From assembly GCA_947628195.1 (NCBI GenBank), contig CANQZB010000001.1:1-30584 (forward strand): a stretch of 30,584 bases of DNA. Reading direction: 5' to 3'. A program made the position numbers and the translations under genes. Below are positions 7,313 to 17,500 of this stretch, piece after piece (positions within the stretch are counted from its first letter, which is position 1; the number at the start of each line of letters is the position of its first letter). The notes beneath the pieces were generated by a model. It was given only the letters and a program-made list of their open reading frames with translations, made no database searches and was not told the origin of the DNA. This DNA is from an uncultured Clostridia bacterium. Lineage in GTDB: Bacteria; Bacillota; Clostridia; Christensenellales; UBA1242.

Positions 7313-7499
7313 TTATAAAAAGTTTAGATGCAGTGAGCGGATTACTTGGTGTTATTTTTATTTGCCATTGTGGAATTTATAATTTAATAAAAAAAATTAA
7401 TAAAAAATTAAAAAATTGATAAATTTATTCAAAAAATTTGCAAATTTTAATAAAAAATTGAAAAAAATAAAAAATTTTATTTAAAAATAAAGGATAAAC

Positions 7500-8285
7500 A
7501 TGGAACAAAAAATCAATTACAAAAAAAGTTTAGGTCAAAATTTTATTTATGATATTAATTTATTAAACGCTATTGTTTCCGATGGGGAAGTTGAGGCTAC
7601 TGATACAGTTCTTGAAATTGGTGCGGGCGTTGGCAGTTTAACAAAAGTTTTATGCCAACGGGCGCATAAAGTTATTTCTTTTGAAATTGACAAAAATTTA
7701 ATTCCTTATTTGGAAAATTTAAAACAAAAGTATAAAAACCTTACATTGCATTATCAGGATTTTATGTTAGCGGACATCCAATCTTTAAATTTGCATAACG
7801 CAAGGGTGGTTGCAAACATTCCGTATTACATTACAACACCTATTATTTTTAAGTTGATAGATAACATTAATTATTTTAAATCCATTTTAGTGCTAATTCA
7901 AAAGGAAGTTGCGGAAAGATTTTCTGCCAAGCCTAAAACTAAGGATTACGGCATAACAAGTGTAATTTTACAATCCATTTTTGATGTGCGCATAACGCGC
8001 ATTATTAAAAAAGAGTGCTTCACACCAAGCCCCAAAGTTGATAGCGCCTTAATAAAACTTGTGCCTCATAATAAATATAGCATAGAAGATTTTGACGGCT
8101 TTAAAAAATTTGTTCAAAACGCATTTTCCATGCGCAGAAAAACACTAATAAACAACTTGAAATTGTTATACGATAAAGCGCAATTAGAAAATGCGTTAAC
8201 TAAATTAAATTACAACATCAATGTCCGCCCGGAAGAAATTTCGGTGGAAGATTTTATTAAATTATATTTTTATTTAAAAAATTAA
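7500..8285 (+). CDS. rsmA: 16S rRNA dimethyladenosine transferase RsmA/KsgA
   Basis: KKSLGQNF, VLEIGAGVG, VVANIPYYITTPII, FTPSPKVDSA and F..RRKTL are present. Confidence 0.96.
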   Translation: MEQKINYKKSLGQNFIYDINLLNAIVSDGEVEATDTVLEIGAGVGSLTKVLCQRAHKVISFEIDKNLIPYLENLKQKYKNLTLHYQDFMLADIQSLNLHNARVVANIPYYITTPIIFKLIDNINYFKSILVLIQKEVAERFSAKPKTKDYGITSVILQSIFDVRITRIIKKECFTPSPKVDSALIKLVPHNKYSIEDFDGFKKFVQNAFSMRRKTLINNLKLLYDKAQLENALTKLNYNINVRPEEISVEDFIKLYFYLKN

Positions 8286-8298
8286 ACATAAAAAAATT

Positions 8299-8335
8299 AA
8301 TTAACAATTTTTGTTTTTGAATTGTTAATTTTTTT
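8299..8335 (+). terminator. AT-rich hairpin after rsmA, possible terminator
   Basis: AATTAACAATT-N10-AATTGTTAATT followed by a T tract. The stem is weak because it is nearly all A-T. Confidence 0.4.
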
Positions 8336-8470
8336 AAAAAAACAAAAAATAATTAAAAAATAATAAAAAATTGCGAAAATTTAATTGTTTTTTAAAAATT
8401 TTAAATATTTTTCTCAAATTTAATATTGTCATTAACAAACATTTTGACAAAATTCTTTTTTTAATTTCGT

Positions 8471-8499
8471 TTGACTTTAAAATTATATATTTATATAAT
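8471..8499 (+). promoter_or_regulatory. Promoter of the giant gene
   Basis: TTGACT (8471-8476), 17 bp, TATAAT (8494-8499). Confidence 0.65.
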
Positions 8500-8577
8500 T
8501 ATTTTGTAAAATTTTGTAGATAATAAGTTTACAGGGGTAATTGTAAAAATATTATTTAGCATTTTAGGTGGTAATAA

Positions 8578-11500
8578 ATGGCAAAAAAAATATTTAAAGT
8601 TATAGCTATTACACTTGCATCTATTATTGGTTTTGCGGGTGTGGTTTTTGGCGTTTTGGCTTTAATGGGCAAGTTTAAAGAGCCGGTGGTGTATCCGGAA
8701 GAACTTACTTTTTTAGAAAGTGAGCAAACTATTGTTTACGATGGTGAGGCGAATAACAAATATTCGTTTACTTTAACCGGCACAGCAAGTGGTGATCATG
8801 TGGTTAATAGGCGTGTTTGTTATTTAAGTTTTGACCAAGGGGAAGATTTAATCACCCTATTAGATTCCAATGGCGAAGAACTGGAGCATGTTGAAAACAC
8901 GCTTTACTATAAAGTTTTGTGCAACGAGCCAATTTATTACAAAGTTAATGGCAATGCGGAATTAGATGTTACCAAGGCGGAATTCGGCAAAGTGGTTATG
9001 AAAGCGCGTGATGAGCGCGAAAGAGTTAGGTCAAACACTCAAACGATTTGGATTGATAGAGCGGTTACAGATGTTTATTTAAAAGATTATAAATACGATA
9101 AAACACCAGACCTAGCTTCACAAGAAATTTCTTTAAACATTAATCAGGAATTGTCATTTGCTCAGTCTAGTTTTTATGCACTTCCAGAATATTCTTTAAA
9201 TCCTATAAGTGCCGAGCAGGCAAAAAATGTAAAAGTTTATTATGATGACCAAACAGGCAGAGATTTAATAGAAATTAGTGAAGAACTTCCTTTTATTGAA
9301 AAAGATGAGGACGAAAATTTATATTTTAAATCTTCCGAAAGTGGCACAAGTTATAAATTTGTAGTAGCTGTGTTTAACAGTTACAAAGCTGAAAGCGACT
9401 ATGTTGGAACAAACCTTCAATATCCTAATCAGGAAAAGGTTGACAACATGGTCTCAACCATCCTTAATGTAAGCGTTGCAAATAAAGATATTGATAGTGT
9501 TGAAATTAAAGAACAACTAAACTTAAACCTTTACAAAGAAACAGAATTTAGTTTAACCGACATTGGTTTAACCATGACAAAAGATGGCGAAATTACCGAT
9601 CGCTTTAACGAAGCTTCTTTTACATTAAACGAAAATAGAGTTTGGCAAAACACAAATTTGAAATTTGAAAATTCAGATGCAAGTAAAACCATAACATTTA
9701 TAGATTCTACAATCGTTAAAATTACCGGATTTGATAATCTTGCTGACGGAAGTTACACTTATTCAATTTCAATAAACGGTGGTAACATCTCAATAAATAC
9801 TTTAAATTTAACAATAAATTATGGCTCTAATTCAACTGATAATAAACGAATAACAATTAATAGCAAAAATTCAATTCGTGATTTAACATTTGGGCTAGAT
9901 AATTTCACCTGCGTTAATGGTTCAGCTTTTGTTGAAAACAACCATTTAACCATGCTAAAAACAGGAAGTTATTTAGATTTCTTTACAACAGATGCGGATA
10001 ATTATTCTTTAGCGAACGAGTTTAATTATGAACCAACTCAATTAACCACAACGGGAACAAAATCTTTTTCAATATTAACCAAAAATTATGTAAGCGAATT
10101 GCAATTAGGCGTGTTGGTGGTTAATAGCGATGGCAAAATGTATTCCGCTTTCCAAATTGCTAATGTATTGCCGGTGGAAACCGACCCAACATTTAAAACT
10201 AAAAATGTAAATTTAAACATTAATTATGTTAAAAATGGCGATGTTGTTGAACCTTCTTATGAGGAATTTGCTTTAACAGATTTAATAAACGAAAATAACA
10301 GTTCTTATAACGCTTTTGTAATGATTACTCCAAGCGGAAACTCTTGTGTTGAAACATTAAATAATTTTAACTGCACTATTAGTGATCAACAATATGTTTT
10401 GGTGGGCTACTTAAATGAAGCCGGCGCATTTGTAAATAGCATAAAAGTTAATGAAAATGCCGAAACAAAAACTTGTTCAATTTATTTGTTAAGGCTAAAA
10501 AATGCGTTTGAACAATCTGCCGAAGATCTAATTGAAAATAGCACTCAATTAACCGATATTGTTGCAGGTGATGTCAACACTTATGTTAACGATAGCTATG
10601 AAGTTAAAGTTAATTTGAATTACGAATTTAACCCAGATTTTGTAGATATTGCTTATGATGACGATGATTACATTTTAGCAAACGATGATGTTTTAAAAAT
10701 ATTGGAAAACACTAAAAGCCACACCTTAAAGCTAACTTCTTCTTGTTGGGATATGTTGGTTAAAGCCGACATAACACTTGAAGACATTAGCATTTTAATG
10801 GGTGGCAATGTAATTGATACTTCTAGCCTTGTAATAGATAGCCTTGTAATAGAAGATGCTGTTCTTAATAATCAATTCATTTTAATTACATTTAATGTGG
10901 GAGATGCCCGTGTTAACAGAGAAAACGTTGAAGAAGAATTTGAGATTCAAATTCTGCCTAAAAACGCAAATCGCCCAGTTAAAACCAAGCCTATTGTTGT
11001 TGCCAATTCCGAACCAACAGACATCGTTTTAAATTTGGAAGAAGATAATGTTATAAAGTTATATACATCTTCAGATGATGCAAACCAAGCAAACACTTAT
11101 TTAAAAATACTTATAAGTTACAACACCGAAACTGCAGGTTATGATTATAAATATTGCATTGTGCAAAACGGCGAAGAAGAGGGTTATCATCCTTTAAATG
11201 AAATAGCACAATTATTCAACAAAAAAACCAATGGCACATCTGGATTTATAGGTAATCCGCAATATGCCGGTTTTGAATTTGATATAATCTACACTTTAGC
11301 CAACGGAGATTTATTCGATTTAGATAATTTGCAAGTGAAAGGTGTGGGTGAAACCACATTGGCAATTTCAATTGGCAGTGTTACAAAATATTTTGGCTTT
11401 AAAATAACAACCGATGAAAACTTTGAGTTTAAAGCAGAGCAAAATTACAGCGTTCAAAACACAACTGCTACTATAAAAGATTTTGTAACTTATGAATATC

Positions 11501-14500
11501 AAGATGAAGATCTTGCTTCTCTAATAGAAATTGACTTTAACAGTTTAAAAGGCGCAATTGGCGGAGAACCGCTAGAAATATCACCTTTAGGTGGAAACTA
11601 TGAAAATGGTTGCCAATTAACCCATAATGGATCAGTAATATTAAATATCACCAAAAATGGCGATGGAATTTGGCAATTTTCAAGAAGTTCAGAGCAAAAT
11701 TCAACATTAACATTGAATTTTGATGTTAAAGTTTTAACTCATTCTGCACAAAGAGTTAATTTGTCATTTATTAGTGCGCTTATGGTGGACGTTAATACCG
11801 ACTATTTTGAAAATCTTTATGCCGACACAACTGTTTTAATGTATGAAATTATTACAGAAAAAAGCGAATTGAAAAATCAACCATATTTTATTATTACAAA
11901 TAAAACAGGAGATGATGCTAGCATAACAGTTAAGTTTTCAAAGGGCAATACAATAGAAAGCGACATGTCTGCAACATTAATGCTAGAAGAAGGCACATAT
12001 ACAGTAAACTTCTATCAAAACGAAGTTGAATTTGCAAGTAAAGAAATTACAGTGCTACCAAATGTTATAATAAGCGATAAAACCGATTTAACATTAGAAA
12101 GTTATACGGATTATAGCGATTTTGTTCCAACTTATTTTACTTTAGAAAGTTATAAAAATGATATTACATACGGCGTTCAAGATTTTTATACAAAAGACCA
12201 ATTAGAAACTTTATCATATACAACTTCATTAAGCATAAAAGAAGTTGAAACATTGGGCGATGACGGAAGCGATATTTTGACATTTGCAGGCAACACATTA
12301 ACAACGGGCTGGATTGAAAAAATTAGCGATTTTAAAACTGTTGAAATTCAATTTGTTTATAATAACAAAGATTTAGGCGCTGGCAATGTAAAATTTGCAG
12401 ATGGAGTTGTGCAATTAACAATAACAAATAAATATGATAAATATTTTAAAAACCTTAACAGTTATGAACTTATGGCATTTGTTGGGTCTGATAAGTTTGT
12501 AAATAATTTATCTTCATCAATATCCGGCTTATCTTTAACTAAAATTGAAGTAAATGAAAGTTTTTCTACTAATAAAACCATAGAATTTAACACTGCCGGC
12601 AAGGCAATTACTTTAACCACAGCAATAACTGAAAAAATTAATAACATTCCATTAATTTTTACCTTTAACATAAATTCAAAAACTTTAACTTATAAAAATA
12701 CTGATAATATAAATGAAGATTTAAACATTACAATAAGTTTAACTCCTTATAAGCCAGAACAAAACGCAACTTCTGCCGTTATGGGAGAAAACGTTAATTT
12801 AATTAAAGATGTTTTAACCATAACTGATGCAGGCACAGGCGATGTTAAAACAGAAATTGCAAACAATGTTGAAAGCATAAAAATTACAGAAATTTCAAAC
12901 AAAAATGCCCTTGCAAATTATGAAATTGTAATTGGCAGTGGTTATGAAAATGGAAGTTCGCTAGAAGATATTCCAACCGCATTGCTAGCAAAACTTCAAG
13001 AAAATGAAATTAAATTAACAATTTATTACACAATTTCATATACAACCGGTGGCGAATTTGTGTTTAGCTACGAGTTAACAATCAAAAATGAAATGAGCCT
13101 GAATATAACATATCCTTATAGCGATTTGTCCGCTCAAAATGTTTCATTTGCTTTTGTGGCTGGGGAGGATGCCGAACACGCCAAATCCGCATTGGATAAA
13201 GACGGGGACGGCACTATTGATCAGCCTTTCAACTACGAGCCAGTTTCTATGGGCCAAACAATTACATTTGGCTATGATGAAAATTTAAATATCACCCGCT
13301 CAACCAACGCACAAAACACAGAAGACGATTTAAAAATAAGTTTGGTGGCATATTTCAACGAGCCTTTAACAAGAAATTATTATCTTGCTAACAATATTGA
13401 AATTAATGAAAGTTTAAAATCCGTAACATTCCGCAATTCTGCAGTGTTTACTTATGGCTATTTTATTTTCAAATTAACCACCAGCACAGGATATTCTGCA
13501 TATTATTTTGTGCGCTTGCAAAACATATCTAACTATGTTGCTGATGATTATAGTTTTACATCAAAAGATGTTCAATCTGACGCTTTAGCAACATACGCAG
13601 GTGTTTTAGACACATTAGATTTAACAAAAGACTTTAAACTTAAAAATGTTAGCACAGACAATATTTCACTTTACATTTTGAATGCCACAGGGCTAGACGG
13701 CTCAACATTTAAATACGGCGATGTAAATTATAGTGGCACAACCCTAGAAAACGATGTTGAAGTAGGTTATGCAAGATATTCAAAAGTTAATGCAGAAACG
13801 ATGCCAAGCGTAAAGAATTACACAAATGTTAAATTGGCTTTAGTTTACAAAAATTCTTCAACCGAATTCTGCATAGGAACAGTCAATTTATATTTAAAAC
13901 CAGAAGGCGTTACAGTTGAAAAAGTTGCAGGTGATGTTAAATATATTAGTGGCGTAGATACTGGAGAATATACATACGAAAGAACAAACGGAACTGGTAA
14001 ATTTGCAAATCCATTTACTGTTACAGGTTGCACCTTTGAATCATTGGAGATTGAAAGCGAAAATGAAACAGATGGCATTGTTAGTGTGGGTGCCGATAAC
14101 AGCATTAATTTTGAAAAATATATAAACAACCGCAATTTGGAATTTACCGCTGTTTATACTTATAATATTGATAGTGCAAATTTTGTTTTAAAATTGCATA
14201 TTACATATAAAGGTTTGGAATTGGATTTATCTAAAGAAACCTTAACAGTTGGCGAGTTTAAGAAAGAATCTGGATTCAACACAAAATTGTCAATTAGTGA
14301 ATATTTTGGCGAATATAAAGGCGAAGTTAATATAATTGGGAAAGGCTTAAATTACACCATAGATTTAGCAAAAAACAAAATTACATCTAATGATAACGGC
14401 TCAATGTTAAGTTATGAAACAGGCAAATATTATTTAACATTTACTCAATCAAGCAGTGCACAAAAAATTGAATTTACAATGACTTTTACAGATTTAGCCG

Positions 14501-17500
14501 GAAGCTATTCTAAACAATTTGAAATAAATGTTAAAGAGAATTATTCTGTGCAAGCCGAAACATCTCCAAACAGCGGAAATCTGCAATCTCTAGCATTGTA
14601 TGCTACAGCAAATGGAACATATACAAGCAAGGTTGGCGGCTATATTGACATAGAAAAAACAGAAGGAAGTTCTTATTACTCATATAAAATAGGTGGGTTA
14701 ACATTCTATTGCGCTAAAAACTCTTCTTACAAAATTAAAATTGAATTAAGCAATGCGAGATATAGCGCGAATGATAACAGTGCAGTTGAATTTTCAGTGG
14801 GTGGCCAATTTAACTTTATACATATGCCAATCGATAGCCAAATTGTGCATTTAACAATTTCTTTAATTAATGGCAGTGATAGTCTTATAAACAGAGATTT
14901 TTACGTGCGTTTGCCACAAACTTATGTAACATTGCAAGCACAATATTTATTACAGTCTGATAATGACGCGATTGTCGATCACGAAAATGTGGCTTCAGGC
15001 TCTAACATTACAATAGATGAATTATTTAATTCTAAAGTAGATAACAATTATTTAAATAAATATAGATTTAAGTTAATTGTTCTAAAAGATGGCAGACAGC
15101 AAGAGGCTGAAGGATTTAATCTTTCCGCAATGGGCTTTACAGACCAAAACAACTTAAATTACATTAGCGATGATTATGTGGTTGTTGGGGATAACGCAAG
15201 TTATACTTCTTCTGGCAGAAAAATAACATTTAGCCAAGTAGAAACCAACACTTTAAGCACTTTAAGTTTAAAGAACGAGTTGTTACCAAACCCATTTACC
15301 TATCAGTTCCAAATCATGGCAGATGCTGTTGATGGCTTTAACTTTAACGGAGATGCCGTTTACGGAACAGATTATGCTTCAATTAACTATAACGATTTAA
15401 AGAACAATCAATCTAAACAAGTTCGTGTTGCAGAGTGGAAAGATGCTAGAAATACAATATTGTATTTAAAAAGTATTGGCGAAAAAACACCTCAAAGCAC
15501 GACAGGAAATCTGCCATTTAATATAGCAGAAAAAGCATATAGCTTTGTAGATGATTTTGGAACATTACAAATATCTTTAAACGCGCAAAAGCAATTAATT
15601 GTGGAACTTGTTGATCCAAATTCGGAATTTAAAAAATTGCAATTCAGTTTAACATTTGTTGGCAATGGTGGCCAAGATGTTTGCCTAAATATATATTTCT
15701 TCAATTATGAAATTGGTGCATATTCGGCAGTGGAGCAATATGCTGGCGAAAATTATAGTTTGGCAAACATTATAACCTTGCCAGAAGATTTAACATTAGA
15801 ATATTTAGAAAATGAATCCACATTCACTTATAAGCGAGATACATACGAATGTGGGGCTTCCAACCCTTATAAATTATTCACAGTGGATGCAGGCAACAAA
15901 ACATTAAATTTATTCTCTGTTTCGGAAGACGCAACATTAAATTTAAAATTTGCAATAAAAGATGGCGATGTTATAGTTAAAGAAGTTTCCTTAACCGTAA
16001 CTCAAAAACGAAATATTCAATTTAAAATTAATGACGAAACTTTGCCATACGGCAACACATTCGATTCAAATTACATTTTAAATAACGCTAACGATTCTAA
16101 TTTAACTTCTTCAGCAAATTTCCCATATAGTGAAGATTTAGCCTCGCAAGAACATAATGATAACGGAACAATAACATACGGCAATGTAATTTATTTAAAA
16201 GATCTTTGGGCGGATGTATATTCAATTAACAAAGATTCTAAAATTGAAGATTTAACTATAAGATACTCCTTAAGAGATAGTTATGATGGCGTTTCAATTA
16301 AAGACAATAAAATTGAATTTTCAAAAGATTTTACAGGAGTTTTGCGCTTAACATTATCCGTAACCACGCGTGCCGGCGTGAGTGTGGAAGATTTATATTC
16401 AGTAAATTGGGATATAAACGTGCAAGGTTTTGTAAATTATGTTTACAACAACACAACGCATAGCGAAAATTACATAATGCGCAACAGTGGCACGGCGTTT
16501 GCCGGCGGAACATCGGTTAATGTAATTTCTAATTTAGGGAATGCGTTAGGTTGCGCTATTACAACCAGCAACACTTTTGCCGATGAAAAAATTAAAGTGG
16601 AAACACCTGAATTCACTTACGATGTTAATTATGTCGTAATAGATAGTAAAACAAGCATAAACGCAAGTGAAGAATTTGCAAACAATTCACGAACCCAAGC
16701 AGAAATTGTTAAAAACGAAAAATCTCAATTTGGCTTTTCAACAAAACTGCCTTATGTGGTTACTGGCGACAATGCATATATTGTAATTTACCAAATAAAA
16801 ATTACATATTTAGGGCAAATCTCGCAAACATATTACGCAAACTATTATGTTTCAAATAATAGTTCAATTACACCATCTGAAACTAACAAAAGCATAAATG
16901 TGGATAGTGAGTTAACTTCAAAGGGCAATGCTTCAAACTATTTGCAATTATTCTGTTATAAAGATGAAATAACTTTCCAACCAAGTGAAAGTGGAGATGC
17001 TTTTAATGGAATATTAATTTATTTGAGCAATAAAAATTATCAGTTGAATATATCTGACGGCACGCATGCCGGAACATGGACTTCTTTAAATGGAGTTGAC
17101 TTTACAAAGGAAGAGAGTGATGAAACATTAACAATTTCATCTAATGGCACATATACATTAGGCGAAGGGCACGGCAGTTACACTTCAAATATAAGTTCGG
17201 AAAGTTTCTTTAACCACACCTTTAAAAATGTTAGCGAATTCGCTCAACTTGTTGATTCTGCCTATGTTGAATTTTCTGATATGAAAAATTATAACGCTAG
17301 CGAAGATGCGCAAATCTATTTTAAATTAGAATACATAGAGAATGGTTATTTTGGAATACATTTAACTGAACCTTATAAGGATAGTTCAACAACTGAACTA
17401 ATTGGCAGCAAAAAACCATTGTTCAACAACGAGCTAAATGCTGTTATTAAAGTGTTTACAACTTTAAACAATAAAGCCGTTGTGCAAGCCAATTTAACTT

